This document shows positions 49,621 through 59,074 of a stretch of 64,000 nt of DNA, in pieces. Origin of the DNA: Fervidicoccaceae archaeon. Its GTDB lineage: Archaea > Thermoproteota > Thermoprotei_A > Sulfolobales > Fervidicoccaceae. A program made the position numbers and the translations under genes. Position 1 is the first letter of the stretch; each line of letters begins with the position of its first letter. The DNA lies in the NCBI GenBank assembly GCA_038734945.1, contig JAVYOA010000003.1:1-64000 (forward strand), read 5' to 3'. The notes beneath the pieces are model-generated. The model ran no database searches and had not been told where the DNA came from. It worked only from the letters and a program-made list of their open reading frames with translations.

Positions 49621-50739
49621 TTGATTGGCAGAAATTTGAGATATGCTGCCATATTAGTAACTATACTGGTGATTTTCCTCTCAATTGCAACTTTTACGGA
49701 GGTTTTCAGCGAAAAAGAACCAATAAGGTACGTGGGCCCCACTAAGTTCTATGCAAATTATTCATCTGCCTGCATTTTCCGTGTTGATGATTTTGTAGCG
49801 GATCCTTCAGAAATTTATAATATAACCTTTCATATTGGTTCTAAGAATATTACGCTTCACAACTACCAGATGGATCTGATAAATTACTTGCTCACATCAC
49901 ATCCAGAAGCTAGGCTAGTATTTGGTGTAATAACTGGTGATCTTTCTGGCGAAAACAACAGTGAGCTGTGGTCCCTCTATTCTGTGCTGGTTAAGGAATA
50001 TGGGTGGGAAGCTGCCTCTCATACACGATATCACTTATTGCCTCCAAGGAGCACGAATGATATCCTCGGTTCGATAAGAGATATAGAGGGGAACATAACT
50101 GGCTATAAGGTTCTCACATATATCCCTCCATATGGAAAAACCGATAAGAAAGAGCTGGGGCTTCTCAAAGAAGCTGGAGTAAAAATAATCATGAGCGATA
50201 AGCCTTTCCAGTTCAGAGAGCCAGCAGAATGGAGTAACCTTCATATAACGCTAAAAATCTCTCCTTCAATTCCTTGGGTAGAGCCGCTGAAAATATTGCA
50301 CTCCATTGAAAACAGAATTGGAGGAATAATGGTTATATATACACATGCAACCAGCTTCGACTGGAAGAACAGCAGACAATTGGAAGATGCTTTTAATACA
50401 GCTCTCTCTGTAGTTGAGGATGGAAGAACTTGGATAACGGTACCTTCAGAGCTCTACAAGTACTACGTTGAAAGAAATAATGTTCAGGTCTACTTGATAA
50501 ATGGAAACCAATTCAAAATAGAGCTCAGAAAGGCCATCGATTTTCAGCCCATTCCCATAACCTTCAAATTCATTGTAGATAGAGAAGTTAAAGCTGTTTA
50601 TTTCAACAACTCAGCTATACCTGAACTTGATTCCTTCGGATATATACCAAAAGTAGGATATAAGCAAATTGGAAACACGCTATTAGTATCTGTTTTACCC
50701 AATGGAACCCTGGAAGTTCTTTTCAGCGGGGGCAGCTAA
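49621..50739 (+). CDS. Membrane-anchored polysaccharide deacetylase (NodB/CE4-like)
   Basis: N-terminal TM, FRVDD, ASHTRYH, YIPPYG, IYTH, WIT...EL. Start TTG 49621 behind GGTGG. Confidence 0.82.
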   Translation: MIGRNLRYAAILVTILVIFLSIATFTEVFSEKEPIRYVGPTKFYANYSSACIFRVDDFVADPSEIYNITFHIGSKNITLHNYQMDLINYLLTSHPEARLVFGVITGDLSGENNSELWSLYSVLVKEYGWEAASHTRYHLLPPRSTNDILGSIRDIEGNITGYKVLTYIPPYGKTDKKELGLLKEAGVKIIMSDKPFQFREPAEWSNLHITLKISPSIPWVEPLKILHSIENRIGGIMVIYTHATSFDWKNSRQLEDAFNTALSVVEDGRTWITVPSELYKYYVERNNVQVYLINGNQFKIELRKAIDFQPIPITFKFIVDREVKAVYFNNSAIPELDSFGYIPKVGYKQIGNTLLVSVLPNGTLEVLFSGGS

Positions 50740-51653
50740 TGCAACAGGATTTCTACTTTGATTATTGCATAGTTGGCCTTGGAAACATAGGAATTCTGAT
50801 TTCATATTTTCTCAGAGAAAGGAAATATGCTGTTATTTCGAGGAGAAGCAAAGGAACTCACATGAAGGTTGTTCTCAAGAGGGGGGGAGAAAAAATATGG
50901 TCCGAAAATGTCAATACTTTTCCACCAGATTCTAAAATAAAATGCGACATCCTTATACTCTCCCTCAAGGCTTATGACATACCATGGGCTTTGTCCTATT
51001 TGAAAGATAAGGGAAAAAGGGTTGCGATATTTTCCAATGGCCTTGGATTGTTGGAGATGGCATCCACAAGTTTTGGTATCAACAATTCTGTGGCTACTTC
51101 CATCACCTATGGACTAACAAGCTGCGGCGAGAACTGTAGCGAAATTAGGGGAGATGGTGAAATCAGAATAGGGGGAATGGGTTCATCTGAAGCCCTGAAA
51201 ATGGCAGAGCAGATAGCAGAAGAAATAAGAAGGGGCGGAGGCAAAGCGCATGCTGAGATGAACATCTTACCACATCTATGGCTCAAGGGAATTGTGAACT
51301 CCGCAATAAACCCAGTCACAGCCATTCTAAGAAAACCCAATGGATTTGTTGTAGAGAATGAATATGCTCAAGAAATAGTAGAAAAGGTTGCAGAGGAGGG
51401 AAAGGAAATTGCTGAAAAGCTTGGAATAAGCCTTGAAAGAGATCCTCTGGAAGCAATAATCGATGTAGCTTCAAGGACCAAATCCAATTACAGCAGCATG
51501 CTTCAGGACATTTTGAATGGAAGAAGGACCGAAATAGATTTCATAAATGGATATATAGTAAGGGAAGGTATACGATTGGGCATCAAAGTGGATGTCAATC
51601 TTTCTCTATATCTCCTCGTTAAGGCTCTTGAAAATAGAATGGGAAGTGGATAA
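50739..51653 (+). CDS. panE: 2-dehydropantoate 2-reductase
   Basis: GLGNIG, LKAYD, NGLG, WLKGIVNSAINP.TA, SSMLQDI..GRRTEIDFING. Confidence 0.92.
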   Translation: MQQDFYFDYCIVGLGNIGILISYFLRERKYAVISRRSKGTHMKVVLKRGGEKIWSENVNTFPPDSKIKCDILILSLKAYDIPWALSYLKDKGKRVAIFSNGLGLLEMASTSFGINNSVATSITYGLTSCGENCSEIRGDGEIRIGGMGSSEALKMAEQIAEEIRRGGGKAHAEMNILPHLWLKGIVNSAINPVTAILRKPNGFVVENEYAQEIVEKVAEEGKEIAEKLGISLERDPLEAIIDVASRTKSNYSSMLQDILNGRRTEIDFINGYIVREGIRLGIKVDVNLSLYLLVKALENRMGSG

Positions 51654-51767
51654 AAATGCACGGCTGTGTTTTAAGTTTTTAATAAGAAAAATCTAAATAA
51701 TAGATATAATACTTTACATGACATTTATTTTTGAGATGTTTTCTATCGAATTCGGAGGAGCACAGAA

Positions 51768-52562
51768 ATGAGCGAAAGAATGACAGTGAGGAAATTTTTG
51801 AAGAAGAAAGAACTCAAGGAGAAAATAGTCATGATAACAGCCTACGATGCACCATTTGCTAGAGCAGCAGACGAAGCAGGTGTGGACTCGATACTTGTAG
51901 GAGATTCGATGGCAATGGTTGTTCTTGGTATGGAGAACACGCTAGGTATTACGCTAGAAGAGATGATTGAGCACACAAGAGCAGTTTCTCGTGTCAGGCC
52001 CAGAGCATTAATAGTCGGAGATATGCCCTTCATGAGCTATGAGACTGGACCTGCTAGGGCTATGGAAAGTGCATCGCTTTTTGTGAAGGCTGGAGCTGAT
52101 GCCGTTAAGCTTGAGGGGGGCGAGGAAGTTTCTGAGCAAATAAGGGCTTTGGTTAAAGCCGGCATCCCAGTCATGGCTCACATAGGCCTCACTCCTCAGC
52201 GCTTTCTCAAGTTAGGAGGATATAGGATTATAGGGAAAAGAAGCGAGGAGGAGGAGCAACTTTATAGGGATGCTGAAGCTATTCAGGAGGCAGGTGCCTT
52301 TTCTGTTGTGCTCGAGTACGTAGTTTCTGAGATAGCGAGGAAAATTACAGAAAAGCTAAGTATTCCAACTATTTGCATCGGTGCTGGTCCCTACTGCGAC
52401 GGCCAGGTTCTTGTGCTACACGATGTTCTGGGTCTATCTCTACATTCCCCACCATTCGCTAAGAGATATGCTGATCTATATTCAATAGCCCGCGATGCTA
52501 TCTCTAAGTATGCGAGAGAAGTAAGAAATGGAGAATTCCCGTCACAGGAATTTTACAAATAA
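51768..52562 (+). CDS. panB: 3-methyl-2-oxobutanoate hydroxymethyltransferase
   Basis: MITAYD, ILVGDS, GDMPFMSY, VKLEGG, HIGLTPQ, IGAGPYCDGQVLV. Confidence 0.96.
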   Translation: MSERMTVRKFLKKKELKEKIVMITAYDAPFARAADEAGVDSILVGDSMAMVVLGMENTLGITLEEMIEHTRAVSRVRPRALIVGDMPFMSYETGPARAMESASLFVKAGADAVKLEGGEEVSEQIRALVKAGIPVMAHIGLTPQRFLKLGGYRIIGKRSEEEEQLYRDAEAIQEAGAFSVVLEYVVSEIARKITEKLSIPTICIGAGPYCDGQVLVLHDVLGLSLHSPPFAKRYADLYSIARDAISKYAREVRNGEFPSQEFYK

Positions 52563-52581
52563 ATTGGGGGAAAGATGTGCA

Positions 52582-53355
52582 ATGAAGAGTTTTATAGACG
52601 AGCTCTATGACTACTTGATAAAAATTGCGGAAGGGCAGAGAATTGAAAAGGCTGTAATAGGAGCGGGCTATACTTTTGTTGAGCTCAACGATGGAGGCGC
52701 AGGGGTTTCTTACAGCAATAGAGATGGGGGTATTAAAGAGGGTTTGCCGGGAAACTTGGAAGGCATGCGAGTTGAGGATGCTATCTCCTATTTGCTTTCA
52801 GGAAGAGGTCTGGATGTTAGTTTTGGTTTAGCATCGGCCAATGCTCTGGTAAACCGGATAAGAAAAGAGATGATTGAGAGAGACGCTCTTGTAGAGGAAG
52901 AGCTCAGTCCCAATGATGTAGTAGTTCTGATAGGTTATTTTCCGTCATACATAAGGAGGCTAAAAGGAAAAGTGAAGGAAATATATGTGCTCGAAATAAT
53001 GGAAGTTGCTTCCAGAGAAGCTGAAGTTTATCCGTGGTGGGCCTATTCAAGGCTGTTCCCAAAAGCAACAAGGCTATTCATAACGGGTACCACAATCTCG
53101 AACCACACAATAAACTACATCCTTCCTTCCTCTATGAATGTAGAGCACAAAGTTCTACTAGGTCCATCAACTCCCATGATAGAATGGCCATTTGCTAAAT
53201 ATGGAGTTGAGGGGCTGTGTGGAAGCATAGTAACGGATAACAAGCTTTGCTTCAAAATAGCATCGCAGGGAGGTGGTGCTAGGGAGATGTTTGATAGGGG
53301 ATGCCTGAAGAAAGTTTATCTTCCAATAAGGAAGAGCCAGTCCAATCCCACTTAA
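52582..53355 (+). CDS. DUF364 / Rossmann-like domain protein
   Basis: GLASANAL, VVLIGYF, ITGTTISNHT, LLGPSTP. Start ATG 52582. Confidence 0.82.
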   Translation: MKSFIDELYDYLIKIAEGQRIEKAVIGAGYTFVELNDGGAGVSYSNRDGGIKEGLPGNLEGMRVEDAISYLLSGRGLDVSFGLASANALVNRIRKEMIERDALVEEELSPNDVVVLIGYFPSYIRRLKGKVKEIYVLEIMEVASREAEVYPWWAYSRLFPKATRLFITGTTISNHTINYILPSSMNVEHKVLLGPSTPMIEWPFAKYGVEGLCGSIVTDNKLCFKIASQGGGAREMFDRGCLKKVYLPIRKSQSNPT

Positions 53356-53378
53356 GCATTTTCGGGAATTGAAATGTT

Positions 53379-54029
53379 TCAAAGGTATTTGGAATCTTTT
53401 TCTCCTAGTTTATCGACCTCGCTTATAAGTTCTTCGAAAATTGCAGCTAGCTCCGGTCTGTACTTCTTTCTCTGAACGAGAAAGCTCTTTATTAGAGGAA
53501 TATATTCTAGTGCGGAAGGAAGAACAGGACCATAGCTCTTCACTATTTCATTGAAAGCCTCCAATGCTAGCTCTCTATCACGCTCTCTATGGTATATTGA
53601 AATCATTGAGGTAGAAGCCAAATCAACCAAATCCCTTACTATGCCTTGACTATCTATTATGATGCCTGCTTCCTCGAAATCCAAACCATATATTTTTCCT
53701 TTATTAAGAATGAAGTTCCTCGGGTTGCAGTCTCCTTTCTCGATGCCTATTGAGTGTAGCCTTCTCAACCATCCTACAACCAAATGTACAGCACTGAAAA
53801 ACTCCTTGATGCTAAGATCAGAGAACGGAGTTCCTTCGATGTATTCGAGAAATATCTCCTTTTTCTCAATTCTCGTAGATATGACCTTGGGAACTTCGAT
53901 TCTGTCGCGCAGAAAGTTGAGGATGATCAATTCTCTGAAAAGGCTTTTCTCGTTATTGAAGATCTTTCTCACAACTGGCTTGTCTTCAGTCTCGAGAAAT
54001 ACAAGATTTTTTCTACTGAACAGCCTCAT
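53379..54029 (-). CDS. Minimal protein-kinase-like (Bud32/RIO/Kdo-like) protein
   Basis: VRK..RE, VPKV, LEYIEG, LH.IGI.KGDCNPRNF, GLDFE, DLVDL. Confidence 0.72.
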   Translation of the reverse strand: MRLFSRKNLVFLETEDKPVVRKIFNNEKSLFRELIILNFLRDRIEVPKVISTRIEKKEIFLEYIEGTPFSDLSIKEFFSAVHLVVGWLRRLHSIGIEKGDCNPRNFILNKGKIYGLDFEEAGIIIDSQGIVRDLVDLASTSMISIYHRERDRELALEAFNEIVKSYGPVLPSALEYIPLIKSFLVQRKKYRPELAAIFEELISEVDKLGEKDSKYL

Positions 54030-54323
54030 TAACTTGCCCCCTGAAGAAAATCTGCATGGAAGAGAATTAAGCAATTTGTATTTTTTAATTTTTCAATTCA
54101 CTTGGGAAAATGCATGAAATCAAGGTGAGCAGGCAACGCAACGATTAATAATTTTTTAAAATTATCTATTGATATGAAAGAGGGCTTTTTAGTAAATATT
54201 CAATCCCTTTGAGCTGTTTATGGTATTCCTTGTTTGTTCAAATCAATCCCCTTTTTTAAATAAAATACTTAAAACTTAAAAAAGGAAACTAAAAAATCCA
54301 ATGCCTTAAAGAGGATTTAAAAA

Positions 54324-55235
54324 ATGATGGGAAAGAAAATTACATCAGAGAGAGTGTTTTTCAAGTTTGACCCAGATATTTCTCCAATTGCTAAAGTCCA
54401 TCCCAACGAAAGCATTATTATAGAGACGAGAGACTGCTTCTCCAATCAAATTAAGGACGAATCGCAGCAAATATCTTCTATAGATTTTTCCCAAGTAAAT
54501 CCAGCCACAGGACCTATTTTCATCGAAGGTGCGAAAAAAGGAGACGCGCTGGCTGTTCATGTCAGGAAGATAAAAACAAGCGACTCAGGTCTCGTGGTCG
54601 CTATACCTGGAGAGGGTTTTCTTGGGGAAGATGTTAAGGAATCGAGGAACAGAAAGTGCAGGGTTCTGGGAAATTGGGTGGAGATCAGTGGAGTTAAAGT
54701 CCCGTATAGACCAATGATAGGAGTAATAGGTGTAGCTTCAAGCGAGAGAAACCCAACAGGAGTTCCGGGAAGGAATGGTGGAAATCTCGATACAAGGCAA
54801 ATAACGGAGGGTGCTACAGTCTACCTTCCAGTAGAATTTGAAGGTGCTTTATTTGGAATAGGAGATCTCCATGCTGCTATGGGAGATGGAGAAATATGTG
54901 TTTCTGGATGCGAGGTCAGGGGAGAGGTGGAGCTTGAGTTCGGCATAATCGAAAATCTTGCTCCACCATGGCCCATAGTAGAGTACGGCGATTCTTTGTA
55001 TATAGTAGTTTCAGCTGGATCCGTCGAGGATTCTCTAAAAGAAGCGTCAAGAATAGTGGTATCTGCTCTATCAAATGCTTTCTCAATTGACTGGATTGAT
55101 GCATACCTTCTTTCAAGTTTGGTTGTGGACATGCAGATAAGCCAGCTAGTTGATCCGAAGAAAACAGTGAGAGCTCGAATTCCCACTTCTGTTATCAGTG
55201 CTAGACTTCTTCTTGAAGCGCTTAGGAGGCGGTAA
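54324..55235 (+). CDS. Acetamidase/formamidase family protein
   Basis: ETRDCF, NPATGPIFIEGA..GD, PMIGVIG, GGNLD, GDLHAAMGDGEIC. Confidence 0.93.
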   Translation: MMGKKITSERVFFKFDPDISPIAKVHPNESIIIETRDCFSNQIKDESQQISSIDFSQVNPATGPIFIEGAKKGDALAVHVRKIKTSDSGLVVAIPGEGFLGEDVKESRNRKCRVLGNWVEISGVKVPYRPMIGVIGVASSERNPTGVPGRNGGNLDTRQITEGATVYLPVEFEGALFGIGDLHAAMGDGEICVSGCEVRGEVELEFGIIENLAPPWPIVEYGDSLYIVVSAGSVEDSLKEASRIVVSALSNAFSIDWIDAYLLSSLVVDMQISQLVDPKKTVRARIPTSVISARLLLEALRRR

Positions 55236-55237
55236 AA

Positions 55238-56551
55238 ATGGAGGGCGTAAAGGAAAAAGAACAGCTGAAAAGAGTTCTGAAGATGAGAGATCTAATAGCT
55301 TTCGCTATAATGACCATGGTTCCCATTGCCCCGATGGGAATTTATGGTGTGGTCGCTGTATTGAGCAATGGACAGGTTCCTCTTACATATGCAATAGGAG
55401 CAATTGCAATGTTCTTCACAGCATGGGGATATGGACAATTTGCCCTGAGATTCCCTGAAGCTGGCTCGGTCTATGCGTATGTGCGTGAAACGCTTGGACA
55501 CAATGTTGGATTTATAGCAGGCTGGGTTATATTGCTTGATTATATTCTGATTCCGGCGCTAGTTATACTCGTTTCAGCACTTTGGCTGGAAGCTCTAACA
55601 GGGATCAGCTTGATTGTTTGGGCAACAATTTTCATAGCAGCAGCAACAATCCTCAACGTACTTGGTGTAGAGCTAACAGCGAGAGCTTCGATGGCTCTCT
55701 TTTTATTCGAGGACTTTGTGCTAGTAGCTTTCGTTGCTGCTGCTCTATATAGGGTAGCTACTGATCCTTCCCTTAGCTTCAATTTGCTGCCATTTTACAA
55801 TCCGGCAGAGTTCTCGTGGGGAGCCGTGCTCTCGGGAACTTCGGTTGCTGTGCTAAGTTTCTTGGGATTTGATATAATGACAACATTGGCCGAGGAGACC
55901 ATAGAAGCAAGAAAAGTAGTTAGCAGGGCTGTTATCCTAGTAATTCCCATAATTGCTTCCATGTTCATTCTCCAAACATATTTGGCTGCTTTAATTCATC
56001 CTGGATACTCCTTTGAGTCTCCCGACGTTGCTTTTTACTACATAGCTGAAGAGGCAGGAGGTAGGGGTCTTCAGCTTCTAACCCTCTTGGGAACAGTTCT
56101 GGCTTGGGGAGTTGGAGATACTCTGGCAGCTCAAGCAGGAATATCTAGAGTGCTGTTCTCTATGGGAAGACAAGGACATCTTCCAAAGATATTTTCAAAG
56201 GTCCATCCGAAGTACAAGACACCCTACTTCTCAACAATATTCGTGGCATTAATTACAGCCCCTCTAGTCTATTTGCTCACATTGAAGGATCTTTCTTCTG
56301 TTGTAAACTTTGGAGCGCTAACTGCGTTCGCAATAATGCACATTGCTCTTGCATATAGATTCATTAAGCTTGAGAAAAGAACAGTGCTCGCAGTAATGCC
56401 ATTCATAGGATTTGTGATCACGGCAGCCATTTGGTATGGCTTAGATGTTTATGCGAAGGAGCTTGGTATTGTTTGGCTCATCCTTGGAATAGCTTACCTG
56501 GCATATATCACAAGGGGGTTCAAAGTTAGAACAGTAATTCCTGTTGAGTAA
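55238..56551 (+). CDS. APC family amino acid/polyamine permease
   Basis: MVPIAP, PEAGSVYAY, LDY, SFLGFD..TTLAEE, SRVLFSMGR..LPK.F..VHPKYKTP. Confidence 0.92.
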   Translation: MEGVKEKEQLKRVLKMRDLIAFAIMTMVPIAPMGIYGVVAVLSNGQVPLTYAIGAIAMFFTAWGYGQFALRFPEAGSVYAYVRETLGHNVGFIAGWVILLDYILIPALVILVSALWLEALTGISLIVWATIFIAAATILNVLGVELTARASMALFLFEDFVLVAFVAAALYRVATDPSLSFNLLPFYNPAEFSWGAVLSGTSVAVLSFLGFDIMTTLAEETIEARKVVSRAVILVIPIIASMFILQTYLAALIHPGYSFESPDVAFYYIAEEAGGRGLQLLTLLGTVLAWGVGDTLAAQAGISRVLFSMGRQGHLPKIFSKVHPKYKTPYFSTIFVALITAPLVYLLTLKDLSSVVNFGALTAFAIMHIALAYRFIKLEKRTVLAVMPFIGFVITAAIWYGLDVYAKELGIVWLILGIAYLAYITRGFKVRTVIPVE

Positions 56552-56556
56552 TTTTC

Positions 56557-56576
56557 TGCCATTTTTGAAAATGGCA
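56557..56576. promoter_or_regulatory. Perfect inverted repeat (operator or terminator)
   Basis: TGCCATTTT-TG-AAAATGGCA between the permease and the trans-sulfuration gene. Confidence 0.45.
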
Positions 56577-56637
56577 ATAAAGACCAAAGCTTTTTTCTTT
56601 GTGTTGGAACTTTCTCATTTACTGTTGGGTGGTTATT

Positions 56638-57801
56638 ATGAAAAAGGGCACAGTTTCAATTCATGGGCATGAGTACTATGATGAAGGATATGGTATCAGG
56701 ATGCCTCCTGTGTATTTGACGTCGCTTTTCGAGCAGCCAAACAGGAAGACGGGAGAAACAAAAATAATAGATGGGGTAAGGGAGCTCAAGTATTCGAGAG
56801 AAGAAAATCCTACTACGAGGTCTCTGGAAAAAGCCATTGCCAAACTGGAAGAAGGAGAAGATGCTTTGGCCTTCAACAGTGGAATGGGGGCTATATCAAG
56901 CGTACTCCTTTCTAGGCTGAGTTCTGAATCAAAAGTTGTAATACCAATGGAGGCTTATTCAGGTACGATTGCATTGTTGGTCAATCTCTCAAAAAAAATT
57001 GGATTCAAGCTTGAAAAGGTTTGGCCTTCAACAGAAAAGATCATTGAAGCTATTGAGAAAGATGCAGATTTAGCGATAGTGGAGACGATAACTAATCCAA
57101 CTCTGAGAGTTGTGGATATTGGCGAGATAGCCAAGGTAAGTGCCGAGAAAGGAACTTTCTTGATTGTCGACAACACTTTTGCTTCTCCCATATTGTATAC
57201 TCCATTATTGCATGGAGCTTCCTTAGTTATAGAGAGCACAACTAAGTATATCAGCGGTCACAACGATGTTGTGGGTGGAGTAATTGCTGGTAAAAGGGAA
57301 GATGTTTTATTTCTATGGGAGTGGAGAAAGCTCCTTGGTACAATAATGCAGCCATTCGAGGCTTTTCTGGTTCTCAGGGGCATGAAAAGTTTTGCAGTTA
57401 GGATGGAGGCACACTCCAGGAATGCTCTCGCGGTTGCTGAGTTCCTATCGGAACATCCAAGAGTCTCTGAGGTTTACTATCCTGGATTAGAGAGCAATCC
57501 TTATAGAGAAATTGCCTCTAGACTGTTTAGGAAAAAAATGTATGGGGGAGTTGTTTCCTTCAAAGTTAAAGGAGGAAGAGATTTTGCTCTCTCTGTGCTG
57601 AGAAAGCTGAAAATAATAATTCCCTCTCCTAGCTTTGGAGGACCTGAAAGTCTGTTAACCTATCCCATAATTTCCGCTTCAAAATATATCCAGGAGGAGG
57701 ATCGGAGGGCGTTGGGAATAACGGAGGATTTGCTTAGACTCTCAGTTGGACTGGAAGATGTAGATGATATTATCGAGGACCTTGATCAAGCTCTCTCATG
57801 A
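56638..57801 (+). CDS. Cystathionine gamma-synthase / methionine gamma-lyase family enzyme
   Basis: YSREENPT, FNSGMGAI, ETITNP, VDNTFASP, STTKYISGHND, LLRLSVGLED. Start ATG 56638. Confidence 0.93.
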   Translation: MKKGTVSIHGHEYYDEGYGIRMPPVYLTSLFEQPNRKTGETKIIDGVRELKYSREENPTTRSLEKAIAKLEEGEDALAFNSGMGAISSVLLSRLSSESKVVIPMEAYSGTIALLVNLSKKIGFKLEKVWPSTEKIIEAIEKDADLAIVETITNPTLRVVDIGEIAKVSAEKGTFLIVDNTFASPILYTPLLHGASLVIESTTKYISGHNDVVGGVIAGKREDVLFLWEWRKLLGTIMQPFEAFLVLRGMKSFAVRMEAHSRNALAVAEFLSEHPRVSEVYYPGLESNPYREIASRLFRKKMYGGVVSFKVKGGRDFALSVLRKLKIIIPSPSFGGPESLLTYPIISASKYIQEEDRRALGITEDLLRLSVGLEDVDDIIEDLDQALS

Positions 57802-57830
57802 TAAATAAGGATTAAGTATTTACCCAATGC

Positions 57831-58604
57831 CTAGCTCTTTTTTCCAAAGGTAGCCAGCAGATCCCTCGAAAGTTGCTTAAGCGCAGCATACACAGTAGTT
57901 TTCCTCAATAAATCGGGATTTCCATAGGCATTCTCTATTCTATCATCTCTCTCTATCCTGAAGATCTTTCCAATGTTTTCCTTCTGATATGCATCCAGAA
58001 TCTCAGAATAAAGTTTTGGAGAACCAGCACCCTCATTCAGAATTAAGGCTATGGGCAAAATCCCTATTTCCGAGAACATTCGTATAAGGTTGATTGTCGG
58101 ATGTATCGAGAGCTTGCTCGATGAAGATATCACGAGGGGGTAAAGCTTTTCTTTCATGAATCTCAGCACATTCAAAGTGATATCGGAGAGACCTGGGGGC
58201 ATATCTATGACTAAGAAGTCCAACTTCCCCCAAATGGTTATGGAGAGTATTTCCTTAAATGCCTCATTGAGCTCTTTTCCCCTTAAGGGAGTTGGATTAT
58301 TCTTTGTGAAAAAGGCAAGTGTCATTAGCTTTATGCCTTCTACTTCCACAGGCAAAATTCCCTTATCTTCTCTGGGCATAGCCACATTCAAGTCTAATCC
58401 AAGTACCAAATGCGTGCTTGGATTAGTGAAGTCGAGATCAAGCAGTCCAACTGATGCTCCTGAATCAGCAAGAGAAAGGGCTAACAGAGAAGAGATTGTT
58501 GTCTTTCCTACTCCTCCCTTGTAGCTAACGGCTGGGAGTATAACGGAGATCTCTTTCAGTCTGATGGGGATTGTGTTATCTCTGGGATCTTCATTCCTCA
58601 TCAT
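57831..58604 (-). CDS. Mrp/NBP35 family ATPase coupled to hypA (hydrogenase maturation)
   Basis: KGGVGKT, DLDFTNPS, PLRG, WGKLDFLVIDMPPG; overlaps the hypA end. Confidence 0.88.
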   Translation of the reverse strand: MMRNEDPRDNTIPIRLKEISVILPAVSYKGGVGKTTISSLLALSLADSGASVGLLDLDFTNPSTHLVLGLDLNVAMPREDKGILPVEVEGIKLMTLAFFTKNNPTPLRGKELNEAFKEILSITIWGKLDFLVIDMPPGLSDITLNVLRFMKEKLYPLVISSSSKLSIHPTINLIRMFSEIGILPIALILNEGAGSPKLYSEILDAYQKENIGKIFRIERDDRIENAYGNPDLLRKTTVYAALKQLSRDLLATFGKKS

Positions 58605-58989
58605 AGCTGATCTCCTCTATGTATATCCCTCTTCCTTTCAGCACTTCATAATCTCTTGATCCGCATCTAGGACATTTGATGAATGAATGAATTGCTTCAG
58701 GTATGAAGTGGATCATCTCTGATGCCTCAGCCCCAAGCTCTTCTGGGAGAAGCTTCCAAGAATATCCACATGCTCTGCACTTCAGCTCTACCTCAATTGT
58801 CCTATATTCGATCTTTGCTACCTTAACATTATATTGATTCAGAAGCTCCCTCAATGCGAAGTCCAAAATATCTAAGTCAATGGATTGGAGAATGCCTACG
58901 CCTATGACTATTTTATTGAAAGCTCTGCCCCCGTGCTTTTCTGATAGATATGTAGCTATCGATTCCGCCAATGCCCATTCGTGAACCAA
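58591..58989 (-). CDS. hypA: Hydrogenase nickel incorporation protein HypA
   Basis: HEWALA, CRACG...IHFIPE...CPRCGS...GRG. Confidence 0.93.
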   Translation of the reverse strand: MVHEWALAESIATYLSEKHGGRAFNKIVIGVGILQSIDLDILDFALRELLNQYNVKVAKIEYRTIEVELKCRACGYSWKLLPEELGAEASEMIHFIPEAIHSFIKCPRCGSRDYEVLKGRGIYIEEISYDEE

Positions 58990-59074
58990 TCTGGAGCACC
59001 ACGCATTTTCTCTTTTTTTAAGAAAAAAAGAGTTCCGCTTATCTGTACTTGAGGAGAATCAGCGTCGGCAAAAT

